This document shows, piece by piece, positions 52,502 through 64,000 of a stretch of 64,000 bases of DNA; the stretch's first letter is position 1; every line of letters starts with the position of its first letter. The stretch comes from Okamejei kenojei (Eukaryota). The DNA lies in NCBI GenBank assembly GCA_035221665.1, contig CM069148.1, forward strand, positions 32,922,001-32,986,000, given 5' to 3'. The position numbers and the translations under genes were made by a program. The notes beneath the pieces are model-generated. The model saw nothing but the letters and a program-made list of their open reading frames with translations. It was not told the DNA's origin and ran no database searches.

Positions 52502-53382
52502 TGATAAAAATACATCTATTGATGCTCCTGAACACATCATCAGTGATGTAACATGGGGTCATTGGGTGTTTTGGATCTTTCAACATCAGACACCCTCACC
52601 CAGGCGACCCAGCCATGGTTGATCAGACCACGACTTGTATTCAGGTGGCATTCGCTCCTCCCCATGGACCTTCTCTCCTGATCCAGAGCCATCTCGAGGC
52701 CTTCTCCGCTGCCTCTGTGGTGTTCTTGATGGCTCTTCTCCTCACCACTCCGTTGATGCCCAGTGGACTCAAGGCTTTGTAGAGCGATTACCCTGCAAAA
52801 CCTCTGCAGCCAACCTCGATGGGCATACACCTTGCCTCCCAGCCCCACTTACGGCAGTCTGTGACCAGCTCTTCATACTTGGTCATCTTCCTCTCGTGGG
52901 CCTCCTCCAGACGGTCCTCCCACGGCACAGTCAGTTCAAACAAGACGATGTTTTTGGTCGCCTCTGAGACCAGGAGGATATCTGGCCTCAGGGTGGTCGT
53001 GGCAATGTGCTGAAGGAACTTCAGCTGTTTCACCAGGTCTACATAAAGCTGCCAGTCCTGACAGATTCCTGGCTGCTGTGGTTCTTGGCAGCTGCACTCC
53101 GGCTTTCATCTGGGTGGTGGGCCGTGCTCGTCTGCAGCTGCTGATTCTCATGCTGATGCCTTCTGCAATGGGTTTAAGAACCTGGTCGTGACGCCAGGTG
53201 TACCGGCCCTGCCCAAGAGCCTTTGGGCAGCAGCTCAGGATGTGTTCCAATGTCCCCTTGCCTGAGCATTGCGGGCAATCTGGAGATTCCACTTTGCACC
53301 AGATGAAGAGGTTCGATGGGCTGGGCAGGACATCATACACTGCCTGGACCAGGAACTTGATGTGCTGTGGTTCAGCCTGCCA
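52502..53382 (-). mobile_element. 5'-truncated Hero-clade (R2-group, restriction-like endonuclease) non-LTR element
   Basis: YDVLPSPSNL, CPQC..TLEHILSCC..GRYTWRHDQVL zinc knuckle, LRPDILL, ELTVPWE, KYEEL, PIEVGCRGF. Confidence 0.88.
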
Positions 53383-53702
53383 AATCTATGTTCTTCTCAA
53401 TTAGCCTCAGAATTGAATTTACTAAATATAGACCAATATTCTAGTAGCAAAAGAGTAAACATGGGATTACAGTTTTATGAATTGTTGATTTTGGTCAAAA
53501 ATGTTAATAACTAGAATTAGTACCAGGACACCCCGTGTTTATGCTTGATGTGACATAGAAATAAAGCTTTATGCAATTTCTCCCATACATTTTAAAGCAT
53601 TTTTTGAAATAGTAATAATAACAACATATTTTGAGGTGTTCATTATTGACGATGTGGAGTATATATTGCATTAGTTTAATTAAGAGCAGAGTTTGGGTGA
53701 AT

Positions 53703-56700
53703 ATGACCAAGTGGGACCCATTGGGTCGCTATTACACGGGAGGCCTGGTCCCCCAATGCAACCCGTTCCCCAACGCAATAGTCAACCACTCTTGATTAGA
53801 ATAATATATATATACTGAGGGGGAGATAAAGTTGTTGCGCTATTGAGGGGAAGAGAGGGGTGAAGAGAGAGGGAAGTGGAGGAGAGTTGGAGAGGGGACA
53901 GAGAGAGAGGGGAGAGGGGACAGGGGGAGGGAGAAAGAGGGAAGACAGAGAGGTGAGGAGAGAGGAGGAGAGGATGGGAGGAAATGGGGGGAGAGGAGGG
54001 AAGGACAGAGGAGAGGAGCGGAGGAGAGGGGAAGGGAGGACAGGAGAGGGGAGGAGTAACACTCCATGGTGATGTCATTGTGGCAGTTGGCAGCCAGCTT
54101 GAGAGCCCATTGTTACCATTGGCAATGTCCCATTGTGATGTCATTGTGGCAGTCAGCAGCCAGCTTGAGAGCCCATTGTGATTGGTGCACTGTGAGAGGC
54201 ATTGTGACATCAGTCAGATTTTTTTTCTCAAAATTGGTCGAGTATGGGCTGTTTTTTAAATTTCAAGGGTCAAAAAGCTCAGAAAGATAGGTGGAAATGC
54301 GACGGGAAGATGTTTCTCGCCTCCACGGGAAAAAGGTGAGTAGAATGTGTGAAAATGGGAAGGCTGTAGCGTAGCGTTTGGAAGAAAATAGGAATTAACC
54401 AGATTGACACACATATACATACACACAAACACGACAGGCCCCTCGTTGACTCCCCCACACTCTGGTGGGAAGCAACCAAGGAGAACATTAAGAGGTTCTT
54501 CATAATTAAAGGGGTTCAGAGAGCAAGACAGAGTCAGAGGGAATTGTGCCAACTCCAGACAGATTTGCAGCAACTGCTCCTTCTGCAGTCGAGCGGGGTG
54601 GATGTGAGGGAGGAACTTAGAGAGTTGAAGGACCGGCAAGCTCAGCTCTTCACCTCTGAATCCTCCAAGATCATCTTCCGATCTAGGGTCCGCCATGTGG
54701 AGCAGGATGAGACGTGCTCACGTTTCTTCTTCCATAAGGTTCACAGGGGGAGCTCTGTGATGAACAGCCTTAGGGAGGAGGACGGCACGGTAGCATCCTC
54801 ACAGACAGACATGCTGAGGATCTGCAAATCCTTTTACACAGATTTGTATGACCAAAAGACCACAGACAGTACCTCCTCCCAGAACTTCCTGTCCTCAATC
54901 ACGGAGGTCTTGGAGGACAGCAAGCGGAAGAGTCTGGACCAACCACTGACCCTAGAGGAGCTGACTGGCTCCATCCGTTCCTTTGACTCGAATAAAACTC
55001 CCGGAAGCGATGGCTTACCGGCCGAGTTGTATTTGGCTCTGTGGGACTGGATGGGCCCGGACCTGCTAGAAGTGTACAACGACATGCTTCTAGCTGGTAG
55101 CATGTCAGACTCCATGAGGAAGGGCAACATCACCCTAATCTACAAGCAGAAGGGGGAGATGAAGGACCTAAAGAATTGGAGACCCATAACACTCTTGAAT
55201 GTAGACTACAAGATCCTGTCCAAGGCCATCGCCAACCGGGTCAAGTCTGCTCTGGGACAGGTGATCCACCCGGACCAAACCTGTGCTGTACCTGGCAGGA
55301 AAATCTCAGACAGCCTAGCGCTGCTGAGAGATACCATCGCCTACGTGCAGGACAGACGGGTGGATGCCTGCCTAGTCAACTTGGACCAGGAGAAGGCCTT
55401 CGACAGGATTTTGCACACGTACATGAGGGACGTGCTCTCCAAAATGGGTTTTGGGGAGGGAATCAGGAATTGAATCAAACTGCTCTACACCAACATCCGT
55501 AGTGCAGTCCAAATCAATGGGTGGGAATCAGACAGTTTCCCTGTAAGGCCTGGAGTTAGGCAGGGTTGCCCTCTCTCTCCTGTCTTGTTTGTCTGCTGGA
55601 TTGAACCTTTTGCTGAATCCATCAGGAAGGATGCTGGCATAAGAGGAGTGACATTGCCAGGCAGTGGGGGCATTCAAGTAAACACCTCCCTGTACATGGA
55701 CGATGTCGCTGTCTTCTGCTCGGATCCAGGGTCGGTTCGCAGACTGATTAGTATCTGCGACCAGTTTGAGTCGGCCACGGGAGCCAGGGTGAACCGCAGG
55801 AAGAGCGAGGCCATGCTCTTTGGCAACTGGCCCGACAGGTCTTCCGTCCCCTTCACCATCAAGCCTGACTTCTTGAAGGTGCTGGGGATCTGGTTCGGGG
55901 GTGCTGAGGCATGTAACAAAAATTGGCTGGAGCGGATAGCCAGGGTGGGGAGGAAGCTGGAGCTGTGGAGGCAACGCTCCCTCTCCATAACGGGAAAGAA
56001 TTTGGTCATCAGGTGTGAGGTGCTCTCTGGGCTGCTGTACTTGGCACAAGTGTGGCCTGTCCCTCCCTCATATGCCACAGGGATCACCCGGGCCATCTTT
56101 CAGTTCATCTGGGGGTCGAGGATGGACCGGGTGCGACGGGCCACAATGTACAAGTCGGCAGACAACGGGGGTAAAAGCGTGCCCAACGTCGCCCTCATTC
56201 TGATGGCCACCTTCGTGTGTGGCTGCATCAGGCGGAGTGTAGAGCCAAGGCACGTGGGCACCAAGTGTCACTACCTGCTGAGGTTCTACCTGTCCCCGGT
56301 GTTGAGAAGGATGGGCCTGGCGCAGGTGCCACGCAATGTGCCAGTCAGCTGGACATTGCCGCCCCATCTGTCGTCGGTGGAAGGGTTCTTCCGGACCAAC
56401 ACCTTTGACCACATGTCCATCGGGCAGTGGTCAGCACAGAATGCCCTGCAGGCACTGCAGGGAAAGGACTCTATGGACCCGGTGGCGTGGTTCCCTGAGC
56501 AGACTGCCCAGCTTGTCTGGCAAAATGCCTCATCGCCAGAACTCACCAACAAGCACCAAGACCTGGCTTGGCTGGCGGTGAGGGGAGCCCTCCCAGTCAG
56601 ATCCTTCCTGCATCGTCGGAACCTCACTGCCAGCGCACACTGCCCTCGGGACGGCTGCTATGGCGAGGAGACGGTTGCCCACCTCTTTACAGAGTGTGGG

Positions 56701-57306
56701 TTTGCTAAAAGAGTCTGGAGAAAAATGCAAGGGTCCCTGGTACGCTTTATCCCGAAAGCTTCGTCACAGAGGACTCGGTGATTTACGGACTGTTCCCAGG
56801 GACACATTCAGAGGCTGACATCGAGTGCTGCTGGAGGGTCATCAACTCGGTAAAAGACGCCCTTTGGTCTGCCCGAGCATTGTTCACCACCCAGCAGAGC
56901 GAGATGTCCGTCAGGGAATGTTGCCGACTGGCCCGCTGCAGACTGCAGGAGTACGTGCTGAGGGGCGCACTGAAGCTCGGTGTAGCTAACGCCAAGGCTC
57001 GGTGGGGGAGGGCCACAGTCTAACGCCCTTCCGCTGCTGGACATGGGGGGTACGGTATGGTGGAGACGCCCCTCAATATAAGGGAAGGTATCCCACGCCA
57101 CTGTGGCATGAGTGGGGGACTGATTTGTGGAAATTTGGGGGAAAGAAATGTCTAAACTGTATTGATCTATTGTACAGCCTCCGAAAATGTCGTATGGATT
57201 TTCCGCAAGGTTAATGTATTGTATATATTTATCATTCGAATAAAGTATATTTTGAAATAAAATTAAAAAAAAACACAAACACGACAAAGAGTTTTAGTAA
57301 TGTAGA
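53703..57306 (-). mobile_element. Non-autonomous Helitron split by a Tx1 insertion
   Basis: Left end GACCAAGTGGGACCCATTGGG matches the family 3' end (33026, 35767; CTAG mutated); right end reads TCTACATTACTAAAACTCT on the minus strand after an A. Confidence 0.68.
54437..57272 (+). mobile_element. 5'-truncated Tx1-clade (L1 group) LINE, nearly intact ORF2
   Basis: 14-bp TSD ACACAAACACGACA (54423-54436, 57273-57286); KTPGSDGL, NWRPITLLNVDYKI, DQEKAFDR, GVRQGCPLSP, LYMDD, CPRDGC..ETVAHLFTEC; one nonsense codon (55471) and one frameshift (~56760); AATAAA and A-rich tail. Confidence 0.93.
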
Positions 57307-57523
57307 TATGTAGGTAGTATGATATAGGTAGTTATGGAATATAGATGCTTCTGACATACAGATAAATAAACTGATAGACATTTCTCAGGAACAGAACCCT
57401 TACATAATCCGAGGGTTTGCCTATTTGACATATTTTATGGATTGGAAAACTAAGATGTAGCACATATAAATATAACAGGAAGCAAGATTGGCACCCATGC
57501 ATTCCATTTATCCTACTTTATAG

Positions 57524-57661
57524 GCCCTTTTGTGGATAAGGTACGGTCTATCCTGGATGTGGTCTGCACCACTCTGCTTCAGATGGAAGAGGAACTGAAT
57601 GAACTGGATCGGGAAGCAGGAGATGGCGATTGTGGAAGTACACATGCAAGGGCATCTCACG
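57524..57661 (+). CDS. TKFC: TKFC coding exon, start of the L (ATP/FAD-binding) domain ([46 protein letters not shown])
   Basis: ctttatag acceptor, gtcagt donor, 138 nt, phase 1/1; LNxLDRxAGDGDCGxTH motif (human Asp401/Asp403). Confidence 0.95.
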
Positions 57662-57935
57662 GTCAGTTTCTGGCAGAATGTCTCAGAATTTGAGAATAAA
57701 TGTTATTCAAAATTATCAGTATGAATTGGATTATTTTAAATTGTCTGAAACAGCAACAATTTATGATATTAAAAAAATCACTTCAAATCACTGAATCAGA
57801 CGACCAGATGGCTCTCAGCATTTCCATCAGAAAGATCTCTGGTTGAGTAAGTATATTGATTTCATATGAATATTGTAAATTGAGATTAAAAATTACAATT
57901 AAACCAATTTCAATAAGAATGTACAGCTCATTTTT

Positions 57936-58842
57936 AGATTAGATTAGATTCCTTTATTGTCATTCAGACCTTTCGGTCTGAATGACATTGTTACCATGCA
58001 GTCATAACATATAATAAAAAAACAAAACGCACAATAAACACATATTTAACATCCACCACAATGAATTCACCAGTCACCTCCTCACTGTGGTGGAAGGAAA
58101 CAGTCTTAAGTCATTGTCTTCATCCCTCCTCGTTCTCCCTCTGCGCTGAGGCAATCCAGGCCTCCGACGCCGCTGGAACACCAAAGCTCTAAGCTGGGCC
58201 ACCGCTGGAGCACCGCAGTCCTAAGCCAGACCGCCGCCACCGCTGGAGCACCGCAGCTCTAAGCCGGACCGCCGCTGCCGCTGGAGCACCACAGCTCTAA
58301 GCTGGGCCGCCGCCGCCGCTGGAGCACCGCAGCTCTAAGCTGGGCCGCCGCCGCCGCTGGACCACCGCAGCTCTAAGCTGGGCCGCCGCTGGAGCACCGC
58401 AGCTGTCAGCCGGACCGCCGCCGCCGCTGGAGCACCGCATCTCCAAGCCGGGCATCGCAGCTCTAAGCCGGACCACCGCCGCTGCTGGAGCACCGCAGCT
58501 CTAAGCCGGGCCGCCGCTGGACCACCGCAGCTCTAAGCTGGGCCACCTCCGCCGCTGGAGAACCGCAGCTCCAAGCCGGGCCGCCGCCGCTGCCGGAGAT
58601 CCGCAGCTCCAAGACGGGCCGCCGCTGCCACTGCTCCGCCATTAGGCCTCAGCACAGACGGTGACGGGGGATACGCATCCTCCCGGAGGGAGAGTAAAAC
58701 CCTGTTTCTCCCACCCCCCCCACACATACACAACCTAATAAAACAAAGTTCTACTAAAACAATCACTAGAAGACAACAAAAAAAGAAAAAAACAGACGGA
58801 CTGCAGGTGAGCCGCAACTGCCAGCCAGCGCGGCCACTTCCA
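57936..58842 (-). mobile_element. Non-coding retroposon-like element with an internal GC-rich minisatellite (~58170-58625)
   Basis: (AGATT)n tail and a minus-strand AATAAA at the left end; about a dozen variable units GCCGCTGGAGCACCGCAGCTCTAAGCYGGGCC; GC-rich 5' end GGAAGTGGCCGCGCT on the minus strand. Class uncertain. Confidence 0.55.
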
Positions 58843-60003
58843 GATGGCTACACCCGGATGCAATCTCCAATTTCATGTGTCTGTTATTCTTTTCTCCCAT
58901 AGACCAGGACTATAATAATGTAATTATTTCAAAACCTTCACCATTAAATTCTGTTCCTTGACATTTATCCTGTGTTTTTTTCAGAAATTTTATTCACCCT
59001 GTTTGTGTAGAAGTATTGGCAGTAAATCCTGATCATTCATTCAAATTGGAGAATGCTGCAAGATTTTTTAATTTTTGGCTAACATCCACACACATACATG
59101 TTAGCCAGCAGAAATCATTATCTTATGATCAGGAAAATAAATCTTGATTGATTATTAGTTGCAATGCTTCCACTGAATTTACCTGCTTTAAACAGATATG
59201 GAAGTTGTAGGTTTGTTTATTGGGTGGTTCAGTAGATAAAGCAATGAATTTACCAACCAAGTCAAGGTGAAAGACCTAATAGTCAAATCTAAAATGGAGT
59301 CGTTCTTCTACAAAAGCATGGACTAGTAGAACGAAAGAATGGTTCGGTGCCAAGTCTGAATGACTTTGTAAATTATATGGAACACAATATGGAGGTCAGG
59401 TTGTCTTTTAATAATTAAATTAAGATGGAATCCTGCAATAATAAGGCCATAAAGAAGCCAAAATTGAAAAAATGGCTGACGCTCCAGAGATGTAATAACT
59501 AGTTATTGGATTAGCTTGATTTGGACCCAACTTTTCCTATATTCTGAAAGGCTGCAGCATCTTTTAGTCATGCCATATTCAGACTTGGTAGGAGTGTTTT
59601 ACTGATAAGAAAAATGTAGAATTGTGCTAACTTTCCTTAGTTCTGTGAGTGGAGCCCAAGAAGCACTGAGCAATGTTTGTGCTCATTGTAATCTTGCCAC
59701 TCCCATCTGACGAATCAATTAAAGATTGCCATAGTTTACCTTTAACAGTTTTTGTTGCTCTCTGCTTTTTAAGAAACAAACTTTGACATTTGGTTGTAGT
59801 CGGCAGGGATCTCACTGGGCCCAGCAACAGATGACCGAGTAAGAGGGTACAGTTGACCGGGATCTGAAGGGGAGAAAAAATTAGCTCTAGTCAGACCCTT
59901 TGAGTCCGGCCTCCCGAAGAAGCTCCCGGTAAAAAACTAAGGTCCCTCAGTCTGAGGTTGATCTGGTTCCAGAAGCAGATCTAGAAGCAGACAGCGCAGG
60001 TAA

Positions 60004-60533
60004 AGGGCCTGTTCCACCAGCACGCGACTGCATGCGACGAGCACGACCAAACGTGGTGGCTTGAGGCGTACGGCCTCGCGGGGCTGGTCCCACTTCGAAC
60101 CGCGGAGCCTTTTGGAGCTGGTCCCGACATCATACTCACCAATCAGCTGGGCAGGAGGCGGGCCGACTGAATTTGGACGGCGTCTGGCGGTGACATCATC
60201 AAGCAACGGCTCGTCGGGCGGTGACGTCATTGCGCAACACCACAAGCTAGGCGTACGCCGTCTAGATGCTGCGTACGGCGTCCAGACGTTGCGTACAACG
60301 TCAAGATTCTGCTTACGGCCTCAATGCGGCTGCGGGCCGACAGGCCGTTGCCGGGCGGGATTTTTGAACAGTGTCAGTTTTTCGGAGCCCCGCGCCATGT
60401 CAGGACCAGCCCCACACAACTCCATACGGCTCCGGCGTTCGAAGTGGGATCGGCCCCGCGAGGCCGTACGGCTCAAGCGACCACCTTAGGTCGCGCTCGC
60501 CGCATGCAGTTGTATGCTGGTGGGACAGGCCCT
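60004..60533. mobile_element. PIF/Harbinger-type MITE with long TIRs
   Basis: TAA TSD at 60001-60003 and 60534-60536; termini AGGGCCTGTTCCACCAGC / GCTGGTGGGACAGGCCCT; inverted similarity extends more than 100 bp. Confidence 0.88.
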
Positions 60534-60836
60534 TAAGACCACTTGTGTAAAGGATTGGCTTGTGTATTGGAAATAAGTAAAGGATTGGACACGGCAGACT
60601 ACGTGTTTTTGTCACTAATGTGTATTGGAAAGACAAGGTGTCTTGAAAAGATGTGTATTGAAAAGACAATGTGAAAAAACATGTGAATTTGCTACCAGAG
60701 AGAGTAGCCAGGATTGACCATAACATACTGCAAATGTTTTTATAAAATAAAGGATTGGGCATAACAGGCTGAAAACGTTTGTTACAATTTGTGTACTAAG
60801 TAACTTGTGATTTGGAGATTGGATAAACATGGAAAT

Positions 60837-62021
60837 CAAAGATCCTATAGCGGAGCAAGATAGGCCACTCCTGCGAAATGCAATGGGATGACGTGTAGTA
60901 CGCAACAGAGCGGAACATGGGCATTTTTTTCATCCATTTCAGTAGCCGGAACCTACCAGACCCGACTCATAGTGTAATCAACGTTGCGGGGGGGGGGGGG
61001 GGGGGGGGAGTTTGTGTGTGTGATATGGGGCTAGATTCATAATTCTGTTAGTTCATAATTCTGTGAATTCTTGTAAAATAATAACATTTGATTCGGGTAA
61101 TTTTCTTTTTAAAATCATTTCTTTCTAATGGCTCATAAGCTGTGTTTGAGTTGATTTTATAGTAACCAAAACCTACCCGACCCGATTCGCAGTGTAATCA
61201 ACGTTGCGGGGGAACAATTTGTGATATAGGGTTAGATTCATAATTCTGTTAGTTCTTGTTAAAGAATAAAATGTTTATAAATTTTGATTCTTGTAATTTT
61301 CTTGAATATCTGATAACGACACAGCAGCATATGGCACCAATATTGCCACGGGCCGGTTCAAACTCCGCGGCCCGGGGTGGTCGAAGCTGCCGAAGCTACC
61401 ACCCTCCAGTCCAGCGGACTAAGCTGTTGCCGCGGGAGCTTATAGGATCTATAAGTGGAGTTATAGGATCTTTGCCTAGGAGCCCCGGGATCCGCAGCGC
61501 CCGCCCGCACAGTATAGCACAGCCCAGGAGCGCCCGCACAGCTCAGCACAGACCGCACGGTTGAAGGAGCGCCCGAACCACTCAGCAGCGCAAAGCCCGC
61601 CCGCCCGGTGAAAGAGCGTCCGTCCGCCCGCTCCTAGCAGCGCCAGTGTGGTCTTGGCTGCCGCCTCCTCTCCTCTCCAAAATAAAACCGGATATTCTTT
61701 GGCCTGAAAAAAAACCCCAAAAAGAAGGAGCTTTGCAGCGAAGCGGCGGGCGAGGCGGGAAAGGGAGAGCGAGTGAGAGGCGGCGGCCATGAAGCAGCAG
61801 CTACAGCAGAGGAAGCAGGACTGCTATAGGATCTTTGGCCTCAAACCTGGAGACAGAGGTGGAAGCAAAGATAATATCTTTGGGCGGAAGTAAGATGGCA
61901 GAAGCAAGATGGCGGAGGCTGGTTGCTGAAATGGGTCCTATAATAACCCATGAATCTGCCCATGACCATACTACGTGTTTTTCATGGGAGTAGGCCATCT
62001 TGCTCCACTATAGGATCTTTG
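60837..62021. mobile_element. Non-autonomous DNA transposon with CAAAG termini and 8-bp TSD (P-like or hAT)
   Basis: TIR CAAAGATCCTATAGYGGAGCAAGAT at both ends; exact TSD ATGGAAAT at 60829-60836 and 62022-62029. Confidence 0.85.
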
Positions 62022-63891
62022 ATGGAAATAATTTGGATAAGAGTGACGGAAAGACGGCTATACAACACATGTGTTATTTGTTCCATAAGAACAACAAGGA
62101 TTATAGAATGTTGAATTATAAATTGACCAAATGTTGAGTAATGTGTCTTGGCAAGTAGGAGGCATATGGAATGTGGAGACTATTGAAGGCAGAGAGAGAG
62201 AGAGAGTGAGGCAAAAAAGAAGTGGGTGGAGACGCGAGATAGTAGTTGGATGGATTACGCTTGTAAAAGAGGAATCGAATTGTGGAATAAAGACAGAACT
62301 ATTAGAAGAATGGAACGTACTTCTGATGGAATGCCAGTGTGCAGAGGAATAGGAGATAAGGGCTAAGGCAGAGAAAGAAAGCGCTGATAAGAGTTCGGAG
62401 AACAAGCCCGATACCGGTAAGTCCTCTCGAGACCCTATGTCAGACAATGGCGACCCTGTAGTAGTTTTCGTTCAATGTTCGAAGGGTAGTATTTGTTCAA
62501 ACCCAAAGCTCTCTCAAAATATTCTAGGATGTTCTTTCAAGTTGTCACTCATTGAAGTTCTGGCTCTTATAGGATTAGACAGATCTGCATGTTCTTTCGA
62601 GTTGACACTCATTCAAGTTTTGTTTCTTATCTAACTAGAGAGCTCACTGTTCTTTTCAAGGCTATGCTGCCAAGATAATGGTAGCTCTATCCTACTGTGT
62701 TCAGGATTTCGATATGTCAGGCTATATTTATATATTCATATATATGTCCCTTTTGGTGAAATGTTCCATGTCAGATGAAATAGGATGTCACTGAATGAGC
62801 TTGCAATCTATGAAAATTAATTGTTTATTTTTGTTTTCTCTTAACTTTAAGTTTATTTTTTTCCTATTTCTTACTTTTTGAATTTAGTTCAATTAGAGAC
62901 CTGAATTCCACAATGGCTGCGTGGCATTCAGGTAAATGTGTTAGATGAGATTGCAGATGCCTTTATATCAGAATAAAATCTGTTAATTTGAAATTGTAAA
63001 TTTGGGGAGATACATTGGAACAATTGGGAATATTTTTACATTGTTTTTTTTTAAAGGGTCTGCCTTGTAGGTAGTTAAAGAGTGATCTCACATCCTCCAC
63101 CACCCATAGAATCCTGAATTAGTGGGGGCAATAAATAGGACACTAAACAGTGTGGAAGTTAGTTATGACCTACAGGCCCACAGCGATGAATTAATTACAC
63201 ATGCACAGCAATTAAGCACAACCTTGTCAGTCTTGCATTCACAGGGGTTGAAAATGCAGAAGCCACTGCCAGTTGAACACAGACACAGTCCATACTACTG
63301 GGATCGGACAAAATTGGAACTGTTGGAGGGAACTGTACCAGGTGCTACTACGACACTAACCGCCGTGAAGATTGAAGATTACTCCCATTGAAGACATATG
63401 ATTCGATTGACTATAAATGGAGGAGAACCAAGAAAGGACAATGGGGTTATTAACCCAACTTTTTATCCTTAGGTTGGCCCAGATGGGCTGGACTTCGGGA
63501 AACACCCCTGCACCAAGACGTCCTGTATAAGGCTGACAACTGTCTTTAGGTTTATAACACTGGCCAAGATGGATGCATTATCACAGGTTCTTGAAGTAAC
63601 CAGAAAAAGGTGGCAGCTTGTCCCGGAGCTACAGACCGTGTTGAAATAGATGAAAAATGTGCTCACCAGTGCCCAGTCTGAAAATGACCATCTTGCTTCC
63701 ATCACACAACAGCTGAAGGAGAGCAATCAGGTTGTGGAGTTGAAAAGCCTTGATTTTGGAGTGCAACTCAGTTACAGAACTGGATTGAGGTAAATCCCAG
63801 CTGGGATCAAAGTGAGGAGCTGAGTTGGGATGGATCAGACGGCCAGTTGGCATTGATGTAGAAGGAAAAACAATGCTGCTTTCACACGCTG

Positions 63892-64000
63892 ATGGACAAC
63901 ATGGGAGAAAGAACGACTCGAATTGTGAAAAGAAACTACATTTGTGATGAATGTTGACAGACTTTCAAACAGCGGAAACAACTGTCAGTTCAACAATGCA
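63892..64000 (+). pseudogene. Decayed C2H2 zinc-finger coding remnant running off the window
   Basis: Frame 63901: MGERTTRIVKRNYICDEC*QTFKQRKQLSVQQC, i.e. Y-x-C-x2-C-x3-F-x5-L with a stop and the first His replaced by Q. Confidence 0.45.

Noticed and set aside
52535-52600. CTGATG...AAAAC segment in the Hero 3' UTR as a hammerhead
   Set aside because: Lacks an intact CUGANGA/GAAA core; only a GGGTGT/ACACCC stem is evident.
62441-62460. ACA-ATGGCGACCCTG as LTR end plus primer-binding site
   Set aside because: No gag/pol or matching LTR found nearby; too short to support.
62888-62931. Candidate next TKFC exon
   Set aside because: In the required phase 1 it hits TGA after a few codons and has no similarity to the AIQEWL region; the real exon is probably beyond the window.

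Overview
Eukaryotic, intron-rich vertebrate DNA. The repeat content (HE1/V-SINE, CR1, Penelope-derived repeats) points to a cartilaginous fish, probably a skate or ray (inference). The only host gene is a + strand TKFC/DAK-family gene (triokinase/FMN cyclase). Ten consecutive internal coding exons lie between 11148 and 57661, total 1047 nt, all GT-AG, with consistent phases and no stop codons. The first and last exons lie outside the window. The introns are filled with often nested mobile elements: a BEL/Pao LTR element carrying a solo LTR and a full-length RTE, a full-length L1 carrying a CR1, several CR1s (one near full length with an SGNH ORF1), Tx1, Hero, Rex1-like and Penelope fragments, Helitrons, and hAT-, Harbinger-, P-like and Sola-like non-autonomous DNA transposons. 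The most notable observations are (i) substitutions in the normally conserved KNYTGD substrate/ATP motif of this TKFC, (ii) hammerhead-ribozyme-like cores in Penelope-derived repeats, some as head-to-head palindromes, and (iii) an unexplained decayed C2H2 zinc-finger region at the right edge. I found no prokaryotic-type system. Coordinates were read by eye and element edges without TSDs are approximate.
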